DNA of 64,000 nucleotides from Octopus sinensis (lineage: Eukaryota). Shown here in pieces: positions 23,539 to 35,749 of the stretch. Under the pieces are notes generated by a model that was not told the origin of the DNA, ran no database searches, and saw only the letters and a program-made list of their open reading frames with translations. The number at the start of each line of letters is the position of its first letter. Position 1 is the stretch's first letter. The stretch lies in assembly GCF_006345805.1 (NCBI RefSeq), contig NW_021836148.1:1-64000 (forward strand). The letters run 5' to 3'. A program made the position numbers and the translations under genes.

Positions 23539-24280
23539 CAAGTTCTGATCAATAAGTATCCGGACTGTCGCCATAGTAATGAAGGTAACACACACAGAGT
23601 GAGGCTGCTTGGCAAAGATTGACCCTGAACTCAGCTGTGCATGTGTACTAAGTTTAACATTCTAGCTCACTTCTGCTGTCTGACGCAGTGCTTAGAAGGA
23701 AGGTGTGTAGCGTGAGATTGTCACATTGACCATAACAGAGAAAGTTGTCATGGTGATAACTGCTCAGAGGCCTATGCAAAGTTGCAGGAGTGTATGAGTC
23801 ACACTCAAGAGTATGGGTGGTTCAGACATTTACAAGATGGCAGAAAAATGCCAATTTTGGCAAATATCCTGGGAGACCTGCAACCAGCAGAACTGAGAAA
23901 AACATTGCAGATGTACATGCAGCTGTGAAGGGAAATCGTCGGGTCACCATTCGAGAGTTATCAGAGAATGTGCAGATTAGTTATGGTTCAGTTCAGTCCA
24001 TTATCACTGAAGATTTGAGTATGAGATGTGGGCCTGCCAAGTTTGTGCCAAAACTGCTTTCAGCTGACCAAAAAATACTTGGGTTTCAGTTGCACAAGAT
24101 CTCCTTGATTGTGTTGAGAACAATGAAAACTTTTTGAAAACATTGTTGAACAAATGTTGCCAAGCTTATGGAAAAATTTAATGCAGATTCTCTGCTCAAC
24201 TTTCTCTGTTATAGTCAATGCAATGATTACACGCTACACACCTTCCTTCCAAGCACTGCTGTAAACAGCGGAAGTGAGTT
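23539..24280 (+). mobile_element. mariner transposon relic (N-terminal HTH region), internally deleted
   Basis: GRPATSRTEKNIADVHAAVKGNRRVTIREL...AKFVPKLLSADQK; TA followed by TIR-like caagttctgatcaataagtatccggact; 24240-24280 is an inverted copy of ~23665-23702. Confidence 0.85.
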
Positions 24281-24288
24281 AGTACATG

Positions 24289-24320
<32 letters not shown>

Positions 24321-24330
24321 GGTAGTAGTG

Positions 24331-24364
<34 letters not shown>

Positions 24365-24499
24365 AAGGGCAAACACTAACAACATGTCACTGGATCCACC
24401 ATTTGTTGGTGATTCCCTACTGCTCCTGGTGAGTGACATCTTTGCATTGCTCAGGTGACAATCCTCCAACCCTTTGTTTGGTAGTCATTGCTAGTGAGG

Positions 24500-24715
24500 A
24501 TTTTATGAGGTCAGAGTACAAGTCCTACGTCAACCTCTTACCACGACACACGCAGGGAAATGTTAGGTCTATTTTTTGACATGCTAGTCCCCACATCGCA
24601 CTAGAACAGCATGAAATGAAGTGCTTTGCTCAAGAACACAAACCACCACCTGGTCTGGGGATCGAATCCATGATCATGGATCATTAGTGCAACACCCTAA
24701 CCACTAAACCATGCA
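24500..24715 (-). mobile_element. SINE family C
   Basis: aagtgctttgctcaagaacaca...gggatcgaatcc...aacaccctaaccacta. Confidence 0.75.
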
Positions 24716-24941
24716 TAGGAGTATATATAATTCAAAGAAGCAGTATGTAGGTCACTAATATTAAGAAGGAGGAGTATAATTCAGTTTATTGACCCCTGAA
24801 ATTTACCTGAGTTGATTCAGTGGATGAAGGAGAACATTTCATGTGTATATGCAAAACATGGGGAAATATAAAACACATCAAATGTAATAGAATTTCTTCT
24901 TTTATTCCTATTTTCAGATATTATCTGATAGATTTAGTATA

Positions 24942-25335
24942 CTCTTTTACTCTTTTACTCTTTTACTTGTTTCAGTCATTTGACTGCGGCCATGCTGGAG
25001 CACCGCCTTTAGTCGAGCAAATCGACCCTGGGACTTATTCTTTGTAAGCCCAGTACTTATTCTATCAGTCTCTTTTGCTGAACCGCTAAGTGACGGAGAC
25101 GTAAACACACCAGCATCGGTTGTCAAGCAATGCTAGGGGGACAAACACACACAAACACACACACATACACACACACATATATATATACATATATACGACA
25201 GGCTTCTTTCAGTTTCCGTCTACCAAATCCACTCACAAGGCATTGATTGGCTCGGGGCTATAGCAGAAGACACTTGCCCAAGATGCCACGCAGTGGGACT
25301 GAACCCGGAACCATGTGGTTGGTTAGCAAGCTACT
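24942..25335 (-). mobile_element. SINE A, full length, young
   Basis: Near-consensus sequence. Confidence 0.95.
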
Positions 25336-25829
25336 TACCACACAGCCACTCCTGTCAAAGACAACAACAAAATTTTCGGTCACAATAGGGGCAGGTATGA
25401 CTGTATGGTTAAGAAGTTTGTTTCTCAAAAAGCTTGGATTCAATCCCACGGCATGGCGTCTTCTCTTATAGCCCCAAGTAGCCAAAGCTTTGTCAGTGGA
25501 TTTGGTGGACAAAAACTGTTTTATATATATACATCATCATCATCATCATCATCATTTAACGTCCGCTTTCCATGCTAGCATGGGTTGGACGGTTCAACTG
25601 GGGTCTGGGGAGCCCGAAAGCTGCACCAGTCCAGTCAGATCTGGCAGTGTTTCTACAGCTGGATGCCCTTCCTAACGCCAACCACTCCGAGAGTGTAGTG
25701 GGTGATTTTATGTGCCACTGACACAGATGCCAGACGAGGCTGGCAAACGGCCACGCTCGGATGGTGTTTTTTATGTGCCACCAACACAGGTGCCAGACGA
25801 GGCTGGCAGACGGCCATGCTCGGATGGTG

Positions 25830-28110
25830 TTTTTATGTGCCACCGACATAGGTGCCAGATGAGGCTGGCAAACGGCCACGATCGGATGGTGTTTGTTACG
25901 TGCCCACAGCACGGAGGCCAGTCGATGCGGTACTGGCTACGGCCACGTTCGGATGGTTTTCTTGTGTGCCACGTGCCACCGGCACTGGTACCACAAAGAT
26001 ACAAATTCCATTGATGTTCATCTATTTTGATTTGTTTTGATTTGATTTGATTTTCACTTGCCTCAACAGGTCTTCACAAGTGTCACAAGAAGGAAGGTAT
26101 GCACAGGTGGACTGACTACGTCCCAGGTAGGGGCCACAGGTTATGGCCTGACTAGTCTTGCCGGGTCTTCGGATGGTGTTTTTATGTGCCACCGACACAG
26201 GTGCCAGATGAGGCTGACGAACGGCCACGATCGGATGGTGTTTGTTACGTGCCCACAGCACGGAGGCCAGCCGGTGCGGTACTGGCTACGGCCACGTTCG
26301 GATGGTTTTCTTGTGTGCCACCGGCACTGGTACCACAAGATACAATTCCATTAATGTTCATCTATTTTGATTTGTTTTGATTTGATTTGATTTGATTTGT
26401 TTTGATTTCATTTTGATTTTCACTTGCCTCAACAGGCCTTCACAAGTATCACAAGGAGGAAGGTATGCACAGGTGGACTGACTACGTCCCAGGTAGGGGC
26501 CATGGGATATGGCCTGACTAGTCTTGCCGGGTCTTCGGATGGTGTTTTTATGTGCCACCGACACAGGTGCTAGATGAGGCTGGCGAACGGCCACGATCGG
26601 ATGGTGTTTGTTATGTGCCCACAGCACGATGGCCAGTCGATGCGGTACTGACTACGGCCACGTTCGGATGGATTCTTGTGTGCCACAGGCACTGGTACCA
26701 CAAAGATACAAATTCCATTGATGTTCATCTATTTTGATTTGATTTGATTTTCCCTTGCCTCAACAGGTCTTCACAAGTGTCACAAGAAGGAAGGTATGCA
26801 CAGGTGGACTGACTAGTCTTGCCGGGTCTTTGGAAGGTGTTTTTATGTGCCACCGACACAGGTGCCAGATGAGGCTGGCGAACGGCCATGATCGGATGGT
26901 GTTTGTTACGTGCCCACAGCACGGAGGCCGGTCGATGCGGAACTGGCTACGGCCACGTTCGGATGGTTCTCTTGTGTGCCACCGGCACTGGTACCACAAA
27001 CATACAGATTCCATTGATGTTCATCTATTTTGATTTGTTTTGATTTTGATTTTCACTTGCCTCAACAGGTCTTCACAAGTGTTACAAGAAGGAAGGTATG
27101 CACAGGTGGACTGACTACATCCCAGGTAGGGGCCATGGGTTATGGCCTGACTAGTCTTGCCGGGTCTTCGGATGGTGTTTTTATGTGCCACCGACACAGG
27201 TGCTAGATGAGGCTGGTGAACGGCCACGATCGGATGGTGTTTGTCATGTGCCCACAGCACGGAGGCCAGTCGATGCGGTACTGGCTACGGCCACTTTCGG
27301 ATGGTTTTCTCTTGTGTGCCACCGGCACTGGTACCACAAAGATACAAATTCCATTGATGTTCATCTATTTTGATTTGTTTTGATTTTGATTTTGATTTTC
27401 ACTTGCCTCAACAGGCCTTCACAAGTATCACAAGGAGGAAGGTATGCACAGGTGGACTGACTACGTCCCAGGTAGGGGCCATGGGTTATGGCCTGACTAG
27501 TCTTGCCGGGTCTTCGGATGGTGTTTTTATGTGCCACCGACACAGGTGCTAGATGAGGCTGGCGAACGGCCACGATCGGATGGTGTTGTTATGTGCCCAC
27601 AGCACGATGGCCAGTGATGCGGTACTGACTATGGCCACGTTCGGATGGATTCTTGTGTGCCACCGGCACTGGTACCACAAAGATACAAATTCCATTGATG
27701 TTCATCTATTTTGATTGTTTTGATTTTCACTTGCCTCAACAGGTCTTCACAAGTGTCACAAGAAGGAAGGTATGTACAGGTGGACTGACTACGTCCCAGG
27801 TAGGGGCCACGGGTTATGACCTGACTAGTCTTGCCGGGTCTTCGGATGGTGTTTTTATGTGCTACCATGTTCCCACAGCACGGAGGCCAGTCAATGCGGT
27901 ACTGGCTACGGCCACGTTCGGATGGTTTTCTTGTGTGCCACAGGCACTGGTACCACAAAGATACAAATTCCATTGATGTTCATCTATTTTGATTGATTTT
28001 CACTTGCCTCAGCAGGTCTTCACAAGTGTCACAAGAAGGAAGGTATGCACAGGTGGATCGACTATGTCCCAGGTAGGGGCCACGGGATATGGCCTGACTA
28101 GTCCTGCCGG
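25830..28110 (-). repeat. Tandem array of 7 copies (273-366 bp) of the RTE stop-codon/3'UTR segment
   Basis: Anchor gactagtc(t/c)tgccgggtc at 26150, 26516, 26811, 27149, 27495, 27823 and 28096. Confidence 0.95.
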
Positions 28111-31100
28111 GTCCTCTCATGCACAGCACACTTCCATAGGACTCGGTCTTCAGTCATTTCCTTGGTGAGACCTAAAGTTCGAAGGTCGTGCTTCACCACC
28201 TCGTCCCAGGTTTTCCTGGGTCTACCTCTTCCACAGGTTCCCTCAACTGCTAGGGTGTAGCACTTTTGCACACAACTATCTTCAGCCATTCTCGTCACAT
28301 GACCATACCAGCGCAGCCGTCTCTCTTGCACACCACAACTGACACTTCTTAGGTTCTCAAAGTACTTACACTCTGACGATTATGAACACTGACATTACAC
28401 ATCCATCGGAGCATACTGGCTTCATTTCTTGCAAGCTTACGCATATCCTCAGCAGTCACGGCCCATGTTTCACTACCATGTAGCATGGCTGTACGTACAC
28501 ACGCATCATATAGTCTGCCTTTTACTCTTAGCGAGAGGCCTTTTGTCACCAGCAGGGGTAAGAGCTCTCTAAACTTTGCCCAGGCTATTCTTACTCTAGC
28601 AGTTACACTTTCAGCACACCCACCCCTGCTACTGACTTGGTCTCCTAGGTAGCGGAAGCTATCAACTACTTCTAGTTTGTCTCCCTGGAACGTGGTAGAA
28701 GTTGGTCTCTGCACATTTCCAGTGTTTATTGCTCCTGAGCATCTGCCACAGACAAAAACTATTTTCTTAGTTAGCCTTCCTTTGACATTGCTGCACCTCT
28801 TATGTGTCCATAGCTTACACTTGGTGCACCTTATAGAGTTTCTACCTACACCTTTTTTACAGATCGAGCAGGGCCATCTACCTGAAGTCGTTTGTGATTG
28901 GTCCACCTTCCTACTTATTAGGACTTTGGTTTTGGCTAGGTTGATTCTAAGGCCCTTCGATTCTAATCCTTGTTTCCACACCTGAAACTTCTCCTCCAGT
29001 TCTGATAGTGACTCAGCAATTAGAGCAAGGTCATCAGCATAGAGGAGCTCCCAGGGGCATCCTGTCTTGAATTCCTCCGTTATTGCCTGGAGGACTATGA
29101 TAAATAGGAGGGGACTGAGGACTGAACCTTGGTGGACCCCAACCTCTACCCGGAATTCTTCACTGTACTCGTTGCCACCCTCACCTTACTAGCAGCGTCT
29201 CTGTACATGGCTCGCACAGCTCTCACTAACCATTCATCTATCCCTAGTTTCCTCATTGACCACCAGATAAGGGATCGGGGGACCCTGTCAAAGGCTTTCT
29301 CCAAGTCAACAAAAGCCAGATACAAGGGCTTATCTTTGGCTAGGTATTTCTCCTGCAGCTGTCTTACCAGGAATATAGCATCAGTAGTACTTTTCCCTGG
29401 CACGAACCCAAACTGCATATCATCTAAGCTAACTCTCTCTCTAATTAATTGGGCTATAACCCTCTCCGTAACCTTCATTACCTGATCCAGCAGCTTGATG
29501 CCCCTGTAGTTATTTGTATCTAGGGCGTCGCCTTTACCTTTGTAGCAGTTGACTATTATGCTGCTACACCAGTCATTGGGTATGACTCCTTCGTGTATCA
29601 CCTGGTTTACTATACGGGTGACTAAGCTATAGCCGACACTACCAGATATTTTGAGCATCTCTGCAGTAATTCCTGATGGGCCTGGGGCTTTTCCTGTTTT
29701 CATGCTTCTAATTGCCTTATCTACTAAGGAACTGTTAACTCGGATTGCTGGTCCCTCTGTTGGGTCGACATTCGGGAGACTCTCTTTATCCCATTCATTT
29801 TCCTCATTCAGCAACCTTTCATAGTGGCATCTCCAAGCCTCTCTCTTTGCATCCTCATTTAGCACAAGTGAACCGTCATCCTTGCGAACACATTTCTCTC
29901 CTACCACGTCACGATTCTCTCTCACACACTGTCTTGCAACACGAAATACCTCAAGTCTTTCATCCTCACGGCGCAGGACATTGGCAAATTTTTCTTTATC
30001 TGCCTCCCCTCTGGCTAGATAGACCTGTCTCCTAGCTTCCCTTCTGGCAGTCTGATACACTTCCCTGCTACCACCGTTCTTCCAGGCCTTCCAAGCCTGT
30101 TTCTTTTGTCTAATAGCCCTGTCAACAATATTGTTCCACCACCACGTTATTTTGGGTCTTAAGGGGACTTTGCACCAGCCACAGATCTGGTCAGCGGCTT
30201 TCAGCAGGTTGTCCCTCAGAAACGTCCAGTTGTCTTCTACCCCATGCGTAGCTATACCCCCTTCCACTTCATCAAAGGCTTCAAGTAACATATCTCTAAA
30301 TCTCTGTCCATTCACAGGGTCTTTTAGCTTCCAGACCCTTCTTCTCCATGTTGGTCGTCTTCTAGTCGCCCTCTTAGTCCTGATCCTAAAGTCACTAACT
30401 ACCAGTCTATGTTGTGGGGTGCATTCTTCGCCTGGGAAGGTTTTGGCATTTATAAGCAGCCATCTTTCCCTTTTTCTGGCAAGGATGTAGTCAATCTGGC
30501 TGGTGTGTCTGCCAGAACGGTAGGTGACTAGGTGAGAGGTGGGTTTCCTGAAGTTGGTATTGCAGACCATAAGGTCATTTGCATTGCAGAACTCCAGCAG
30601 CCTGGTTCCCTCCTCGTTGCGGGAACCATAACCGTAGCCTCCATGTACGCCATGGAAGCCCCCAGCATGTCGTCCAACATGCCCATTGAAATCACCAGCC
30701 ACAAAGAGAAGGCCCCTGTCGTTCGTCAATGAGGTGGTCTGCAGTAGGGTGTCATAGAAACTGTCTTTCTGTCCATCGGGTAGCCCTGGCTGAGGGGCAT
30801 AGGCCGATATAATGGTTGCTAATCTATTATGAAGCACTATTCTAATCTTAAGTATTCTGTCACTTACTCTGATTACCTCAATTACTCTATCTACCCATTT
30901 CTCAGTGATAAGTATACCCACGCCACCAACCCGTCAGTGTTCCCTGCCCAGAAAATCTTGTACCTGTGTTCCTTGCCTGTGAGGAACCTAGCAGATCCTC
31001 CTCTCCACCTTATTTCTTGCATGCAACATACATCAACCCATCTCCGTTCAAGCATCTCAACTATCTCGCCAGATCTACCTTTCAGTGTGCCAACGTTGAG

Positions 31101-31214
31101 GGTGCCCACCCTGAAGGAGTGGAAGGTATGGACCCGAGAGGTCCAGGGACGGGGAGCAGTGGCGTCATGTACCTGAAAAGAAGAAAGCTCGCATTTGGCA
31201 GAATTCATAAGCAA
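28098..31214 (-). pseudogene. RTE APE-RT polyprotein ORF with ~3 frameshifts (near 30900, 29150, 28345)
   Basis: ORF pieces 30891-31214, 29146-30921 (591 aa), 28349-28981 and 28098-28331 are collinear. Confidence 0.9.
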
Positions 31215-31534
31215 AGCAATGATCTTAAGTTCAACCTGTTACACTACACTATCATGTTTTGCGCCGTATTTTCACCACCTTATATAGAAGGGGTGGTATT
31301 GGCTTAAGGCCTTTAGGTGTTCATGGAAGAAAAGTAAAGGAAGACAAGCTGAGATAAGGACTTCCGGTACAGGTGGAGAGGGCGGGTGCACCGCTCACTG
31401 GGAAAGATGAGATTTGACGGCAGAAGATTTGAGACGAAATGTTTTGCCATCGTGTGAATAAGTTTCAATGAGTGAAAGTTGGGAAAGATGGGGTAGTGAT
31501 TAAGCGACAGAAAGACCAGATTGAGGAATGCTTC

Positions 31535-31644
31535 AGCTAGCATTTAAGACGAAAGACAACGATAAGGCTTGATGGTGATAATAATACTTAGCTAGCATTT
31601 GAGACGAAAGACAACGATAAGGCTTGATGGTGATAATAATACTT
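31535..31644. repeat. 55-bp tandem duplication at the RTE 5' boundary
   Basis: agctagcattt(a/g)agacgaaagacaacgataaggcttgatggtgataataatactt x2. Confidence 0.9.
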
Positions 31645-31764
31645 GCAAAAAAACAATGAAAGGAGCAAACAGGTCGGAAACTTAAATATATATCTTAGCT
31701 GATATTTCTCATCCTGAGGTTCGTGTTTCGTGTGTTACAGCCAGGAGAAAAGGAATATATATAT

Positions 31765-32280
31765 CATTATCATCATCGTTTAACATCCGCTTTCCATGCT
31801 GGCATGGGTTGGACAGTTTGACTGAGGATTGCCGAACCAGATGGCTGCACCAGGCTCCAATCTGATCTGGCAGAGTTTCTACAGCTGGATGCCGTTCCTA
31901 ATGCCAACCACTCCGAGAGTGTAGTGGGTGCTTTTTACATGCTTTTTACATGCGTGAGGGCCAGTCAGACGTTACTGGCAACGGCCACACTCGAATGGTG
32001 TTTTTTTACAAGCCACCTGCACAGGAACCAGTTCAGCAGCACGGGCAATGACCTTGCTCGAATGTTGTTTTTCCCATGCCAGTAAGACGATGCTGGTAAC
32101 GATCATGCTCAAATGGTGCTTTTTACATGCCACTGGCATGGGAGCATCAGCAACCCTGGCAACAATCACGCCTGGATGGTGCTCTTAACATTCCACTAGC
32201 ACAGATGCCAGTCAGGCGGTGCTGTCATCGGCCACGTCAGCGAATTTGATTTTGATTTCACTTGCCTCAACAGGTCTACA
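31765..32280 (-). mobile_element. RTE 3'UTR fragment with 5-6 modules
   Basis: Standard tail plus repeated atggtg..ttttacatgccac modules and cacttgcctcaacagg. Confidence 0.85.
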
Positions 32281-32422
32281 CTTAACATACATATATATAT
32301 ACAATATTTTCTTAGTGGTCAGACCATATGGGGGTCTACCTCTAGAATAATGGATGTTCACTTATTGGTCAGCCCTCTTATATGTATGTAATACATATAT
32401 ATATGTGTGTATGTATGTGTGT

Positions 32423-32453
<31 letters not shown>

Positions 32454-32705
32454 AGGGGATGTATGTTTGTGTCTCCTTGTTTTGACATCATGTGATTGTT
32501 GTATATGAATGTCATTCATTTCCAGTTTTCTACAAAAACATGTCTGGCCAAAAGAGAGACTATTATTTTGCTTGCAAACAGGTAAAGATTGCGAACAGGA
32601 AGGTCATGTGACCATAAAAAGATTCACTTCAATAAACTCCACCCAACCCATGCAAGCACTGAAAAATGGATGTTAAATTATGGTGAAGATCATGAGGATA
32701 TGATA

Positions 32706-32751
<46 letters not shown>

Positions 32752-33134
32752 CAACGATGATGATGCTTAATCTAGGATTGAAAATCTCCATTCAATCTGG
32801 CTGTATGGAATGAATTAATTATCTGCCAACACAGTTGATTTTTCTTCAAGTTCACAATTGAGCCAAAAGGCTAAATTCATTTGTCTTATATTTCATCTTA
32901 GTTAATGTAGTATTATTAAATCTTTACTATCTATTTAAAGAATATTAAATGTTTATTTCTTGTGCATTTACAAACAGCAAATAATAATTCTCTCTAGGCT
33001 ATGCATTTTTCTTGATGTACAGGCCTGACATATCAAAAAGAACATTTTATTTTCTTAGAGTTTACAGAATGGAAATTAGATGAAACATGATATGATTTTA
33101 ATAATGTATATTTAAAACATCTGGCACAAATTTC

Positions 33135-33280
33135 AGAAATGGCTGTGTGGTAAGTAGCTTGCTTACCAATCACATGGATCCGGGTTCAGTCCCACTGCAT
33201 GGCATCTTGGGCCAGTGTCTTCTACTATAGCCTTGAGCTGCTCAAAGCCTTATGAGTGGATTTCATAGACAGAAGCTGAA
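33135..33280 (+). mobile_element. SINE A 5' half (3' half at 33885-34090)
   Basis: ggctgtgtggtaagtagc...gggttcagtcccactgc. Confidence 0.85.
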
Positions 33281-33284
33281 TATA

Positions 33285-33415
33285 TATATCATCATCATCA
33301 TCATTGTTTAACATCTGCTTTCCATGCTTGCATGGGTTGGACAGTTTGACTGAGGACTGGTGAAACAGAGGCTACACCAGGCTCAATCTGATCTAGCAAA
33401 GTTTCTACAGATGGA
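33285..33415 (-). mobile_element. RTE 3'-tail fragment
   Basis: (CAT)n...tttccatgcttgcatgggttggacag. Confidence 0.85.
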
Positions 33416-33786
33416 TCGGTAAATTCGCCACAATAGAAACAAGGTTCAAGTCAACGGAGCGTGCAAGGGAGTACTCGACTCAAACCTTGCAAAGTGGAAA
33501 TATTTTATTTTTACCTTTATATCTGGGACATAGGACGTCCCAGATAAAAATGTAACATGTCCCCCCAGAAGTAGAGGTAGGCTGGATTGTAGCCACACTT
33601 CTATACAAGAGGGAGGACAAGATACAATTGATTGAAATTGCAAGAGACGGGCCTACAATTCCAGTCTGTTATATATTTTGAGTATTGTTATCACTAGCGA
33701 TATCAAGATATAACTTTGTATTTTGTATTTTATGTGTAGATGTATATATATAGATGTACATGTAATATGTACACATATATACATGC

Positions 33787-33827
33787 ACTAGCACTATGAC
33801 CCGGCAACGACGGGTCATAATGCTAGT
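33787..33827. repeat. 41-bp near-perfect hairpin resembling fused Helentron termini
   Basis: ACTAGCA-c-TATGACCCG-gcaacga-CGGGTCATA-a-TGCTAGT; compare ctagca...cccggcgttgc at 11728. Confidence 0.6.
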
Positions 33828-33884
33828 ACATATATATATATGTATACATATATATTTATTTATGTATGTATATGCATGTTGTGT

Positions 33885-34090
33885 GTTTGTGTGTCTGTGT
33901 TCCCCCCTCCCAACAACCGATGCTGGTGTGTCCACATCCCCGTAACTTAGTGGTTCGGCAAAAGAGACTGATAGAATAAGTACTAGGCTTACAAAGAATA
34001 AGTCCTGGAGTCGATTTGCTCAACTAAAGGCGGTGATCCAGCATGGCCACAGTCAAATGACTGAAACAAGTAAAAGAGTAAAAGAGTAAT
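33885..34090 (+). mobile_element. SINE A 3' half
   Basis: Homology. Confidence 0.85.
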
Positions 34091-34529
34091 AGAGTACCCA
34101 CAGACACATTACCCAACGTGTCTTTTTATAAGACATTGGGTATGGTTTGGGGACAAGTTGTCTTCTATCTCTAGGAAGTTAAATGACTATGTAGAGGCCC
34201 TCTCTTTAGCTATGCATGTATTTGAGAGAGGAGGAAAAGATGTTACATAAATAAAGAGAAAAGAACAGAATCACATCCAATCCCTTTATAGAGGCAGCTG
34301 AGCTGAGAGGATTTTGACTGAATATAATGCAAACAAGAATATTGATTATTGAATTGTTTACTAATAGATTGTTATATATTTTGATTCTGAGCAATTCATA
34401 GGAAACATAATTCAAAACTTTATTATTATTGTTTAGCTCCAGGTCAGTCTAGACTTGAGTTGGTCAATGATCAAAGGCATTCTTGCTATAATTTTCTTAA
34501 TATTTTTCCTAGGCATAGTTCATCCAGGA

Positions 34530-34536
34530 ACACATC

Positions 34537-34598
<62 letters not shown>

Positions 34599-35155
34599 TT
34601 AATGTCCGCTTTCCATGCTGGCATTTTTTTTCCTAGGCTTAGTTCATTCAGGAACACATCATCATCATCGTTTAACGTCCATTTTCTGCGCTAGCACGGG
34701 TTGGACGGTTCGACCGGGGTCTGGGGAGCCAGGGGCTGCTCCAGGCTCCAGTCTGATCTGGCAGTGTTTCTACAGCTGGATGCCCTTCCTAACGCCAACC
34801 ACTCCGCGAGTGTAGTGGGTGCTTTTTACGTGCCACCTGCACAGGTGCCAGAGGGGTCTGGCATCAGCCACGATCGGTTGGTGCTTTTTATGTGCTTTTT
34901 ATCATCATCATTATTTAATGTCCATTTTCCAAGCTGGCATGGGTTGGATGGCTTGACTAAGAACTGGTAAGCCGAGGAGCTACACCATGTTCCAGTCTGA
35001 TTTGGCATGGTTTCTACAGCTGGATGCCCTTCCTAATGCCAACCACTCCAAGAGTGTAGTGGGTGCTTTATATGTGCCACCAGCCCGGGTGCCAGTCATG
35101 CAACACCAGCATCGGCCATGACAATGATGTCACTTGGCTTGACAGGTCTTCTCAA
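34530..35155 (-). mobile_element. Three stacked RTE 3'-tail fragments
   Basis: (CAT)n-ttaa(t/c)gtcc starts at ~34595, ~34670 and ~34915. Confidence 0.85.
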
Positions 35156-35289
35156 GAGCACATTGTCTAATATTATTTTGAATGAAAATTGTTGCTACTT
35201 CTAGCAGGTTTAGTGACCATATAGGGGTTTCATGTTGACTCATATCACTGTATCAACCTGACTATCACATGTTATACAATGCTGGTCTG

Positions 35290-35545
35290 AACTCACTTCT
35301 TTGTATTGTTGTAGCATTGAAATAATGACAACCTGCTGGCCAGCTATGCAGGTGTTTAGTGTAAAGTTACCAAGATCATGACATTCCCTCCAAGCAGGAT
35401 ACCACTCTATCACAAGGCAATTCATCTACAGCTGGGTGGACTGGAGCAATATGAAATGGAGTGTCTTGCTTAAGAACACAACACACCACCTGATTCAGGA
35501 CATAATCTTGTAACTATGAATATAACACCCTAATAACTAGGCCAC
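35290..35545 (-). mobile_element. SINE C
   Basis: ctacagctgggtggactggagcaatatgaaatggagtgtcttgcttaagaacac. Confidence 0.7.
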
Positions 35546-35749
35546 ATATTTTTCATACTTATGTGATGATTAAGATTGAAAACAATAGAAATTTTTCTCT
35601 ATTGGAACTACTGAGTGTTGCTTGTGAAGGAGCAGCTGGATGGCAAATTCATGAAGTGGTAAAGAAAACAATTGTTCCTTATAAGAATTCATAGGAAATT
35701 CATTAGATGGCAGTTTCAGTATCAAATTTTATTTTGGAAAAATTTTCTG

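Larger units (their letters stand above)
25532..31545 (-). mobile_element. RTE-clade LINE subfamily A, near full length (5'UTR, APE-RT ORF, amplified 3'UTR, (GAT)n tail)
   Basis: APE motifs (GTLNVGTL, AYAPQ, AGDFNGH, SQIDYIL, QHRLVV) and RT motifs (QFGF, DLEKAFD, HQGS.LSP, LYADDL, WYGHV); 5' boundary approximate. Confidence 0.95.

Noticed and set aside
25700-28110. CRISPR-like repeat-spacer appearance of the RTE 3'UTR modules and tandem array (also 46745-47095)
   Set aside because: Spacers are homologous to each other, arrays are integral to LINE 3'UTRs, the context is eukaryotic and there are no cas genes.
31200-31650. HDV-like ribozyme expected at the RTE 5' end
   Set aside because: Only a partial P1/P4-like pairing could be drawn by eye, with no P2/P3 or J4/2 C; needs a descriptor search.
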